A DNA stretch of 64,000 nt from Planktothrix pseudagardhii. Lineage in GTDB: Bacteria; Cyanobacteriota; Cyanobacteriia; Cyanobacteriales; Microcoleaceae. The position numbers and the translations under genes are program-made. The notes under the pieces were generated by a model. The model saw only the letters and a program-made list of their open reading frames with translations. It did not search any database and was not told the DNA's origin. Below, piece by piece: positions 29,738 to 38,674 of this stretch. Numbering within the stretch: position 1 is the first letter of the stretch; each line of letters begins with the position of its first letter. The DNA is taken from positions 3,618,106 through 3,682,105 of the forward strand of contig NZ_LR882967.1 of the NCBI RefSeq assembly GCF_904830925.1. Reading direction: 5' to 3'.

Positions 29738-32700
29738 ATGCAAGCTAATGATTATCAACTGCAAGGAGTTCAACGCACAATTTGTATCGGATTAGGAGGA
29801 ACAGGACGAGATGTTTTAATGCGAATTCGGCGGTTAATTGTAGAAAAATATGGAGATTTAACAGAACTACCAATTGTTAGTTTTGTTCATATTGACACAG
29901 ATAAAACTGCCACTCAGTCCGCCAGTTTAAAAACAGGTAATACCTATCGGGGTGTTGATTTAAGTTTTCGAGATTCTGAAAAAGTAAATGCCATTTTAAC
30001 TTCCGCAGAAGTAACCAATTTTGTGCGAGGTGTAGAACAGCGTTCTAAATCCAATCGTTCTGGGCCGTTTGATCATATTTCTCGCTGGTTTCCGCCTCAA
30101 TTACTTCGTAATATTAGAGCCGTTGAAGAAGGAGCAAAAGGAATTCGACCTGTGGGAAGATTAGCGTTTTTTCATAATTATCAAAAGATCAAAACTGTCA
30201 TTGAAACCGCAGCAAAACGGACAATGGGTCATGAAGCAACCTTACTGAAAGCCAGATTAAAACTTGAACCCGGATTAAATATTTTTGTGATTGGTTCCCT
30301 CTGTGGCGGTACAGGAAGCGGAATGTTTTTAGATGTTGCTTATAGTTTAAGGAAATCCTATGGAGATAAAGGCACGCAATTACTCGGATATTTAGTGGTA
30401 AGTCCACAGTTATACAGCAATGCGTCCTATATGAATGCTAATACTTATGCAGCCTTAAAAGAACTCAATTATTATAGCAGTGCGGGGACTCGATTTGAAG
30501 CTTGTTATGATATGCAAAATTTGGTAATTGTTCAGGAACCTCGCGCCCCATTTGATTATACTTATTTAATTTCTAATGAAACGAACGGTGAATATACAAT
30601 CTTAGAACAACAAAAATTATGTAATGTAATTGCCCATAAAATCGCGTTAGATTTTATCGGAGAATTAGCCCCTGTTGCTAAAGGAATGCGGGATAATTTA
30701 CTAAACCATTTAATTCAATCGGATAATCATCCCCGTCCTAATACTCAAGGATATTTAACCTTTGGCTTGGCTGCGATTTATTTTCCTCGTGAAATTATCG
30801 TAAAAATTGCCTTAAATCGAATTAGTTTAAAATTGGTTAATTTTTGGTTAAATGGAGAAGGTCAAAGTCCCGATCCTCAATTAATTATTGAACAATTTTT
30901 GATTAAATATAATTGGTATAGCGATTTAATCCAACGGGATGGGTTTAAAGAACGACTTGCTGGAGGCGTTCAAGAAGGGAGCAAAAACTTTTCTACGACC
31001 TTAACTAAATTCAGAGAGAAATTAATTCAAAAAATTAATGAGTGTAGAAATAGTGAAGATCGGCTCAGTTTAAAAAACAACTTATTACGAGAATTACGAG
31101 AACAGTTCAGAAAAGTTCTGCCGGGAGAAACGGAAACAACAAGAGGAATTTGGTTAACTCGGTTAATGCAGGTACAACCGCTCATCGCTCAACAATTGAA
31201 AAATCATATTAATGAATTTATTGAGGAATTAATGACCCCTAGCAATCCCAAATTTTCGACTAAAAGTGTTCGTGATTGGTTAGAGGCGATGCAAACAGAA
31301 TTAAACACCTATCAACGTCAGTTAGAGGAAGAAATTAGTCAAGGGGAAGGAATGAAAAAAAATGAAGACTTAGAGAAAAAATTGCGAGATTTAGAACAGA
31401 ACATGGATGAGATAGAGCAAAGAATTGAACTCCCCATACTGAATCGTAAAAATGCCGATATTCAGAGATTAGCGAGAAACGTTGTTCAAAGTATTATGCA
31501 GTTAATTCAGCATAATTTCAAATTAGCAGTAACTCAAGAAACATTAAAAATCGTCAATGATTTGCAAAAGTATGTTAGAGATTGTTCGACTGAAGTTGCC
31601 ACCTTTAGCCGGATGATCGAAAATTTAAAAACGAATTATGAGAAAGAACAAAATGATCTGATAAATTCTAATTTTAATGAAATGAGTGGAGAAGCTATTT
31701 TTGCTCAAGAAGATATTGAAGAATGTTATCAAACCTTATTACCTGATTTAGAGTTTCGCTCTGCATTGGTGTTAGTGAGTAAAGATATTACAGAGGCATC
31801 TGGGGTAGGAGAATCGATCTGCTATTTAATTAATCGTACCACTGGAGAGCAACTGAAAACAGAAATTGATCAAAAAATAGATGGTGAATTTGGTTCTCGG
31901 AGTAACCAAATTGTTAAATCTGTGATTAAGCGTTTTATTCAAAAATATTCTGGGTCAATTCGTCCTACCCGTTTAGGACAAATTATTGAGCAGGCAGAAC
32001 CTTTATTACGTTTAAATGTGAGTGATCCTTATTTTTCTAATCTTTCGGATAAACGAAAAGAATTTATTGGATTTAAAGATACCGATGAGGTAGAAGTAAA
32101 TCAGTTTAAAATGACTCTGACTCGTGATTTGGGAATCGACCCAACGGCTTTAAAACCGACTCAAGCTGAAGATCAAATTTTAATTGTTCGGGAATATGGT
32201 GGGTTTCCTTTACGGTTGATTAATGGTTTAGAAGAAATCAGAAATCATTATATCCGAGAACAAAATAAAGATGGCTCAACTTGTCATTCTGATTATCAGA
32301 TCCCCTTTACTGATATTATCCCCCCAGATGCTAGACTCATGGAAGAATTGGAAGATGTTTTCTATCCTTGTTTAGCATTTCAGTTAATTGTTAAAAATCC
32401 TAAAAATCAAGGCTTAGAGTTTCAATATTACGATAATTTACGAGACTATTATTATACAGCAGAACTGAACCCAATTTGGAATCAAGCGTTAGAAGAACTA
32501 GCGAATCACCGAGAAATGACGAAAACGTTAAACGAGTTATTAGAGGAGGAAATTAATCAGATTCGTCAAAATCCTGATCTCTGGAAAAGTCAATATTTAC
32601 CCAGATTACAGCAATTTGTGGATTATGTGGATAATTTACCTGAATCTAATCCTAATTATCTTTATAAATCAACGGTTGTGGGGACTCCGGGTACAATTAA

Positions 32701-32965
32701 TAATTTAGGACATGAAGGAGTTATTAATCGTTTTCGTCGAAAAATTCAGGAAAGTCTAACTAAGACTGGAAGTTTACCAACATCGGTTAATGACGATTCT
32801 GCCGCTTTAGTAAAGCGTGGAGAAAATTCCAGAGATTTTAACCAAAGTGATGACAGTTTAGAGGCAAAATTAAGGCAGCTAAAACAAAAATTAGATCAGG
32901 GGTTCATTACTCAAAAAGGATATGAATTTGAGAAAGAAGAAATTCTACGGAAATATGGTTGTTAA
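29738..32965 (+). CDS. Giant tubulin/FtsZ-superfamily GTPase (FtsZl1-like) with a long alpha-helical extension and a C-terminal SHOCT-like motif
   Basis: 1075 aa. The N-terminal glycine loop RTICIGLGGTGRDVLMRI is T1/phosphate-binding-like. GSLCGGTGSGMFLDVAY contains the tubulin/FtsZ signature GGTGSG. NYQK is followed by a T7-like region. The remaining approximately 650 aa are Glu/Lys/Gln-rich helical. The C-terminal ...LRQLKQKLDQGFITQKGYEFEKEEILRKYGC matches the SHOCT short C-terminal domain pattern. Confidence 0.7.
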   Translation: MQANDYQLQGVQRTICIGLGGTGRDVLMRIRRLIVEKYGDLTELPIVSFVHIDTDKTATQSASLKTGNTYRGVDLSFRDSEKVNAILTSAEVTNFVRGVEQRSKSNRSGPFDHISRWFPPQLLRNIRAVEEGAKGIRPVGRLAFFHNYQKIKTVIETAAKRTMGHEATLLKARLKLEPGLNIFVIGSLCGGTGSGMFLDVAYSLRKSYGDKGTQLLGYLVVSPQLYSNASYMNANTYAALKELNYYSSAGTRFEACYDMQNLVIVQEPRAPFDYTYLISNETNGEYTILEQQKLCNVIAHKIALDFIGELAPVAKGMRDNLLNHLIQSDNHPRPNTQGYLTFGLAAIYFPREIIVKIALNRISLKLVNFWLNGEGQSPDPQLIIEQFLIKYNWYSDLIQRDGFKERLAGGVQEGSKNFSTTLTKFREKLIQKINECRNSEDRLSLKNNLLRELREQFRKVLPGETETTRGIWLTRLMQVQPLIAQQLKNHINEFIEELMTPSNPKFSTKSVRDWLEAMQTELNTYQRQLEEEISQGEGMKKNEDLEKKLRDLEQNMDEIEQRIELPILNRKNADIQRLARNVVQSIMQLIQHNFKLAVTQETLKIVNDLQKYVRDCSTEVATFSRMIENLKTNYEKEQNDLINSNFNEMSGEAIFAQEDIEECYQTLLPDLEFRSALVLVSKDITEASGVGESICYLINRTTGEQLKTEIDQKIDGEFGSRSNQIVKSVIKRFIQKYSGSIRPTRLGQIIEQAEPLLRLNVSDPYFSNLSDKRKEFIGFKDTDEVEVNQFKMTLTRDLGIDPTALKPTQAEDQILIVREYGGFPLRLINGLEEIRNHYIREQNKDGSTCHSDYQIPFTDIIPPDARLMEELEDVFYPCLAFQLIVKNPKNQGLEFQYYDNLRDYYYTAELNPIWNQALEELANHREMTKTLNELLEEEINQIRQNPDLWKSQYLPRLQQFVDYVDNLPESNPNYLYKSTVVGTPGTINNLGHEGVINRFRRKIQESLTKTGSLPTSVNDDSAALVKRGENSRDFNQSDDSLEAKLRQLKQKLDQGFITQKGYEFEKEEILRKYGC

Positions 32966-33027
32966 CTCATTTTAATTTAGTTACATTGATTTGAATCTAA
33001 GCTCATGTTCAATCTTGAGGATATTTT

Positions 33028-34599
33028 ATGTTGTTTCCTTCTTTTCCTCCTTTACCGCCTTTGTTAATCATTTTGATCGGGATATTTGTGTTTATTCCCT
33101 CGATCATTACCCTCTATTATCGCTGGAATCTTTATCAACATTTAACCACTCAAGCGAATAAAATTTATCAGATTATCAATAAACGGGAGCTTGAACTCCC
33201 GCCTGCGATTGTACAAGTTTTAGAACAGAGTTTTGCAGAATCCAGCCAAAATTTAGAACAAGTGAACACGGCGGCTTTGATTGATCAAGCCTACAGCCAA
33301 GAAAAGGTTTTAGGGAAATCCTGCGAACAAATTGAATATTGGTGTCGAATTATTCCGAATTTACTCCTGGCTTTTGGATTAATTGGAACCTTTATTGGAA
33401 TTACGGTCAATTTGGGTTCTTTGAGTCAAACTATTAGTCAAAGTCAAGCAACGGATGTTAGTCAGTTAGTAGAGGAATTAAAACAACCCCTAGAAGGAAT
33501 GGCGATCGCTTTTATTACCAGTTTAGCTGGGTTATTGTGTAGTGCATTATTAACTGTTTTAAACTTTTTATGGAATACGAGTCTAGCGAAATATCGTTTA
33601 ACGGTTTCTTTAGAACATTACCTCGATAATATTTATTATTCATCCTTAAATGGTCAAACTCGGTTGGATAAAGTTGTTAAAGGAATGTCGAGTGAATTTA
33701 AAGATTTTTTAGATCGATTTGGTATTACTGTTAGAGATGCGGTGGAATCTGCCATGAGAGATAATATTCATCAAATTACAAAAGCGAATGTAGAAGCGAG
33801 TGAATTAGCTCTAAAAGTCTATAGTCAATTATCCAATGCTACAGGAACGTTAGAAAGGGGAGCTAGAGAGTTTCAAACCGCCACAGAAAGTTTTACAAAT
33901 GCGGTACAAGTGAGTAACACAACGGCTGATAAATTAGAACAAGTTGCTCAAGGTTTTGAACAAAGTGAATTTCCTAAACAATTATCAATAATCGCTACTG
34001 ATTTTGGAGAGAATCAAAAGAATTTTTCTGACTCAGCATTCGGTTTATTTCAAACGGTTAAATCTTTGGAAACAATATTAAATCAACTTCAGATCTTTAC
34101 AGAGCAGTTATTAAAAACGGAAACAAAATTAAGTGAACTTAATCAAAGTTCCTTACAAGTTTTAGAGTTAAATCAAATTAATCAACAATCCCTAGTTGAA
34201 ATTATTCCTCAACTGCAACAAGGAGGAAAAAGCTTGGAGTTAAGTTCTCAAACGTTAGAGAATATCCAAAACAAACTTATTGATAAATCCGATCATTTAG
34301 AAGGTATTCATAAACAATTAGAAACCTTAGTTAAAACCCTTAATAGTTATACAAATACAGTGAATTTTGAACTAGAATCTTTAAGTAAAATGATGAATAA
34401 GCTCATTAAAGAACAAACAAATAGTAGTCAGTCCTATTCACAAGTCTTAGCGGATAAATTAGAAGCAGCAATTAAACCTAATATTAAGTATATTATTGAG
34501 ATGAAATCTGATTTATCTCAGGTACTTAAACTCTTAAAAGAACAAAGCGGTAATCCGGGAATTAAGAAAAATAAACCAAAATTTTGGGAAAGTAAATAA
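33028..34599 (+). CDS. MotA/TolQ/ExbB-family proton-channel protein with a long C-terminal coiled-coil tail (ZorA-like architecture)
   Basis: 523 aa. The TM core has the family motif LLLAFGLIGTFIGITVNLG and LEGMAIAFITSLAGLLCSALLTVLN (compare LGLLGTVIGI / A..TT.GL of MotA/ExbB). Approximately 330 C-terminal residues are Gln/Ser/Asn/Glu/Leu-rich and predicted helical. Confidence 0.65.
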   Translation: MLFPSFPPLPPLLIILIGIFVFIPSIITLYYRWNLYQHLTTQANKIYQIINKRELELPPAIVQVLEQSFAESSQNLEQVNTAALIDQAYSQEKVLGKSCEQIEYWCRIIPNLLLAFGLIGTFIGITVNLGSLSQTISQSQATDVSQLVEELKQPLEGMAIAFITSLAGLLCSALLTVLNFLWNTSLAKYRLTVSLEHYLDNIYYSSLNGQTRLDKVVKGMSSEFKDFLDRFGITVRDAVESAMRDNIHQITKANVEASELALKVYSQLSNATGTLERGAREFQTATESFTNAVQVSNTTADKLEQVAQGFEQSEFPKQLSIIATDFGENQKNFSDSAFGLFQTVKSLETILNQLQIFTEQLLKTETKLSELNQSSLQVLELNQINQQSLVEIIPQLQQGGKSLELSSQTLENIQNKLIDKSDHLEGIHKQLETLVKTLNSYTNTVNFELESLSKMMNKLIKEQTNSSQSYSQVLADKLEAAIKPNIKYIIEMKSDLSQVLKLLKEQSGNPGIKKNKPKFWESK

Positions 34600-34733
34600 A
34601 TTTAGGACTGATGCTGGAGATTCTCGGCTAGATCAGGAGATTGATCCTGAGTTCAGGTTTTCATATTAGTTACCCGGTTTCTTGGGTACAAGTTGGTAAG
34701 TTTTGTAATTATTATTATTAAAGGTTTAAAATT

Positions 34734-35456
34734 ATGCGTCGTCCGACTCAAATTAAAAATTCATCGGAAGATTTGAATGTCTGGCAAGCATTTACAGATT
34801 TAATGTCTAATGCTTTTTTAATTATGAGCTTGTTTTTATTGTTAGCCATTGTTAAATCATCGTTATTAACTTCTAATTCAAAAGAAAAAGATCAGAAAAT
34901 TAAAGGCTTAGAATTAACAGTTGGTTCATTAAAAAACGAAATTGAACGATTAAAAGCTCCACCAGTCATTGTGATTAAAGATTCTGATCGAGATGCACAG
35001 GGGCGATCTTTAAAATTTGAGACAGGTAAGGCAGATTTACCGGAAGGGTTGCGAATTTTTATTGAAGGGAATGTGGTGGAAAAATTAGAGGAATTTTCTA
35101 AAGTTTATCAAGGTTATGTAGTGGATGTAATTGGACATACTGATGGTCAAGAAACCTTTAATCCTGCTAGTAATTTAGATCAAATCTTAGAACAAGTTGC
35201 ACAGGGGAACCAACCTGTTAAAAATCTCAAACCCGGTTCCAATGCTGATTTAGGATTAATGCGCTCTTTAGCAGTTGTTAAAAAACTCCAAGCTATTCAA
35301 GAACAAGGTCGTTTAAAGGGGTTAAAATTTAGAGCTTATTCAGCCGCACAATTATTTTTACCTTCAGGACAATATGCGTCGCAAAATCGTGCTTCTGATG
35401 AAACAAGAAGACGTATCGAAATTCGCTTTACTCCCCCAGGAGTTGAACAATATTAA
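34734..35456 (+). CDS. MotB/OmpA-family partner: single TM with conserved Asp, C-terminal OmpA-like peptidoglycan-binding domain
   Basis: 240 aa. The N-terminal WQAFTDLMSNAFLIMSLFLLLAIV resembles the MotB/ExbD plug-TM segment (Asp in FTDLMS). The C-terminal VIGHTDGQE...NADLGLMRSLAVVKKLQ...RRRIEIRF matches the OmpA_C consensus. Confidence 0.65.
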   Translation: MRRPTQIKNSSEDLNVWQAFTDLMSNAFLIMSLFLLLAIVKSSLLTSNSKEKDQKIKGLELTVGSLKNEIERLKAPPVIVIKDSDRDAQGRSLKFETGKADLPEGLRIFIEGNVVEKLEEFSKVYQGYVVDVIGHTDGQETFNPASNLDQILEQVAQGNQPVKNLKPGSNADLGLMRSLAVVKKLQAIQEQGRLKGLKFRAYSAAQLFLPSGQYASQNRASDETRRRIEIRFTPPGVEQY

Positions 35457-35692
35457 TAGGGTGATACCAAAGTAATCTGGAACTGTCGCCGGCGGGATGC
35501 ACGGAGACTCTAAACGGACGTGGAGGAAACGTAAGACTATCTCAAGATAGCAGCACCCAAAGAAGCGTCAACCCGCCAAAATTTAAGCAGTTGTCAATTT
35601 TTGTAACTTAAATAGATGGAATCTCTGTCCGTTCACGGCGGAGAGGATGTCAACAATGGTAGGCTTTTCTTAATATCCAAAAAATCCTCCAA

Positions 35693-36883
35693 TAAGCTGT
35701 TAAGCATCTAAATAGGGTATAATGAAAAACCAAGTTTAGAAAAATCAATCAAAAGATGCCTGCTAAAAATCATTTAAATGAAAAGCAAGTAGAGAAACTA
35801 CAGAAAAGATTGAAAGAGGAAGAAAATGGACAAATCCGAGAAAGAATCTTGATTTTATTATTGCTAAATGATGGTAAAAAGCAAAGTGAAATTGCCAAGT
35901 TTTTGGGCTGCTCATTAAACAAAGTATGTTATTGGTGTGTACATGGAGACCCTGACAAATTAGAAAGCCTAAAAGATGAAAGAATGAAAGGAAATTATAG
36001 AAAAGCCACAGACAAATATATAGAGATATTATTAGAAACAGTAGAAAAAGAACCGGAAGAATTAGGATATGAATTTGGGAGATGGACAGGAGAAAGATTG
36101 GCAACTTATTTAGAACAAATCACAGGAATCAAATTAAGTAGTTCACAAGTGAGAAAGATATTAAAGGAAAAAAAGTATGTTTATTTGTGGGCAAAGTATA
36201 GCTTAGAAGAGAAAAGAGATCCAGAAAAAAGAAAATTATTTAAAGATAAAATAGAAGAATATTTGAAAATAGCAAAAGAAAGTCCAGAACAATTACAGGT
36301 ATGGTTTTGGGATGAAAGTGGATTTAATTTAAGAGTGATAAAAAGAAAGAATTGGTGTAAAAAAGGGAAGAGGAAACAGATTAGAGGAGACAGGAGGAAA
36401 GGAAGAGTTAATGTGATGGGAGGATTGAGGTACTCGGATAAAAAAAGATTTGTAGAATTTCTGGATAAAGGAAATGCAGATAATTTTTATCAAGTGTTAA
36501 AAAGTTTTTATCAAGAGCTAATTTATGAATGGGTATTAGCGGGAAATCAAGCAGAAGAATTTGTAGAAAAAGGAGCTAAGATCCTGATTATTCTTGACAA
36601 TGCAAGTTTTCACAAAAAAGAAGAGTACCTAGAAAAAATTAAAGCAGAAATGCCGAATGTCTATTTAGAATTTCTTCCAGCATATAGTCCAGATTATAAT
36701 TTAATTGAATTAGTCTGGCATTCAGCTAAAGAATATATAGCTCATCGACTCTTTAAATCAGTTGATGAGCTAGAGTGTTTATTACATCAGCTTTTAAATG
36801 AAGGACAGTTATCTATTAAATGGGGACGTAAACTTAAAAACAAAGGTAATGCTATAATCACAGTTTAAATACACAACAGCTTA
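35693..36883 (+). mobile_element. IS630-family insertion sequence, copy 2, identical to copy 1 and in the same orientation
   Basis: 35693-36883 matches 14432-15622 base for base across the compared sequence and carries the same TA-flanked imperfect inverted repeats. The flanking sequences differ on both sides. Confidence 0.8.
35756..36868 (+). CDS. IS630-family transposase (identical to 14495..15607)
   Basis: The 370-aa translation is identical to copy 1. Confidence 0.85.
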   Translation: MPAKNHLNEKQVEKLQKRLKEEENGQIRERILILLLLNDGKKQSEIAKFLGCSLNKVCYWCVHGDPDKLESLKDERMKGNYRKATDKYIEILLETVEKEPEELGYEFGRWTGERLATYLEQITGIKLSSSQVRKILKEKKYVYLWAKYSLEEKRDPEKRKLFKDKIEEYLKIAKESPEQLQVWFWDESGFNLRVIKRKNWCKKGKRKQIRGDRRKGRVNVMGGLRYSDKKRFVEFLDKGNADNFYQVLKSFYQELIYEWVLAGNQAEEFVEKGAKILIILDNASFHKKEEYLEKIKAEMPNVYLEFLPAYSPDYNLIELVWHSAKEYIAHRLFKSVDELECLLHQLLNEGQLSIKWGRKLKNKGNAIITV

Positions 36884-36897
36884 ACCTCAACACAATT

Positions 36898-38235
36898 TTG
36901 ATGGGAACTCCAATGCGACCTAAAATTATTGTTCTCGATGATGACCCCACAGGTTCTCAAACCGTTCATAGTTGCTTATTGCTGACTCAGTGGGATGTGG
37001 ATACTCTGCGAATTGGACTGGCTGACCAATCTCCGATTTCCTTTATTCTCACCAATACTAGAGCTTTAACACCCGAACAAGCCGCTTCTGTTACCCGTGA
37101 AGTCACCCAAAATTTAAAATTAGCCCTCGCCGCCGAATCCATTACGGATTTTATGGTGGTGAGTCGTTCTGATTCAACTCTCCGGGGTCACTATCCTGTC
37201 GAAACCGATGTTATCGCCGAGGAACTTGGCCCCTTTGATGCTCATTTTCTAGTTCCTGCGTTTTTTGAAGGGGGAAGAATTACCCGCAATAGTATTCATT
37301 ATTTAATCGTTGATGGTGTAGAAACCCCCGTTCATTTAACGGAATTTGCTAAGGATTCGGTCTTTGCTTATCAACATAGTTATTTACCCGATTATGTCAC
37401 CGAAAAAACCAAAGGTTTGATTCCATCGGAAAAAGTAGAACGATTTTCTTTATCCGATATTCGGGTAGGAACCTTACCTCGGTTAATGCGTTTAACAGAC
37501 AATCAATGTGTGGTTGTCGATGGTGAAACTCAAGCCGATTTTGATCAATTCGCCTCGGATATTATTACCGCCGCTAGTCAAGGAAAACGCTTTTTATTCC
37601 GCAGCGCGGCGAGTATTTTAACGTCTTTAGCTGCATTGGGAAATCAACCCATTCCCGCAGAAGAAATGGCAAAATATACCCGAAATGGAAAACCGGGTGT
37701 AGTGATTATGGGTTCTCATGTTAAAAAATCAACTCAACAATTAGAACGATTATTACAAGAACCTGGAGTTGTGGGGATTGAAGTGGATGTTTCCCATTTA
37801 TTAGAAGAAAGTGAGACTCAAAGACAGGAACTCTTACAGCAAATTTTAGACCAAATCAAGGCTATTCATGAAGCGGGTCAAACCCCAGTCATTTATACCA
37901 GTCGTCAAGAATTACAATTTGACACGGTAGAAACTCGGTTAGCCTTTGGAATTAAAGTCTCTGATTTACTCATGGATATTGTTCGAGGTTTACCGAAAGA
38001 TATTGGATTTTTAATTAGTAAAGGTGGGATTACTTCTAATGATGTTTTAAGTAAAGGATTAGCGTTAAAAACAGCACGGTTACTCGGTCAAGTGTTAGCA
38101 GGTTGTTCAATGGTGAAAACCTCTTCTAACCATCCTTTATACCCCAATTTACCCGTTGTTTTATTCCCTGGAAATGTGGGAGACTCCGATGGTTTAGCAA
38201 CGGTTTATCGACGTTTAACCCAACCCCCAACCTAA
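36898..38235 (+). CDS. Four-carbon acid sugar kinase family protein (OtnK/YgbK-like; DUF1537 + DUF1357 domains)
   Basis: 445 aa. The N-terminal KIIVLDDDPTGSQTV is the hallmark of this kinase family (3-oxo-tetronate kinase type). Confidence 0.7.
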   Translation: MMGTPMRPKIIVLDDDPTGSQTVHSCLLLTQWDVDTLRIGLADQSPISFILTNTRALTPEQAASVTREVTQNLKLALAAESITDFMVVSRSDSTLRGHYPVETDVIAEELGPFDAHFLVPAFFEGGRITRNSIHYLIVDGVETPVHLTEFAKDSVFAYQHSYLPDYVTEKTKGLIPSEKVERFSLSDIRVGTLPRLMRLTDNQCVVVDGETQADFDQFASDIITAASQGKRFLFRSAASILTSLAALGNQPIPAEEMAKYTRNGKPGVVIMGSHVKKSTQQLERLLQEPGVVGIEVDVSHLLEESETQRQELLQQILDQIKAIHEAGQTPVIYTSRQELQFDTVETRLAFGIKVSDLLMDIVRGLPKDIGFLISKGGITSNDVLSKGLALKTARLLGQVLAGCSMVKTSSNHPLYPNLPVVLFPGNVGDSDGLATVYRRLTQPPT

Positions 38236-38674
38236 CAACCGTAGGGTGCGTAAGCTCCGCGCACGCACCACTCCCTAATTAAACTTAATTAATCTACCAA
38301 TAATCATAAACCCCTACTAACAAGCCTATGGTTTTTTCTTCTTAAAAATCCAAGCCAGTCCCAGAATTCCGACATAAAAATTTTAGCAACGAAACTGAAT
38401 CTTTCTCGATCAATTCAGCTTAAAATAGCGGATAAAGTCGATTAATTCAACTATCTTTAGAAAGAGATTGATACATCTTTAAATCTTAAAAATTCATCAA
38501 ATATCTTGCTGAAATCGTTTATTTTTAGGCTATTCCTTGATGTTCTATCTATAGATAGAACATGGAAGAACTGAAACTTGATTATAGTGAGATGAGCTAA
38601 CGAAACAAATCTTAATACTTGGCTCAGGTCAGAATTAATCGTTAGGAAATAATCTTGAATTTAGGAATTATCGT

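Noticed and set aside
35461-35692. Possible tRNA, tmRNA or riboswitch in the GC-rich spacer
   Set aside because: There is no cloverleaf with a T-loop GTTC or a CCA-compatible acceptor. There is no convincing match to the glutamine, glycine or ykkC consensus I can recall. It is kept only as a low-confidence structured element.
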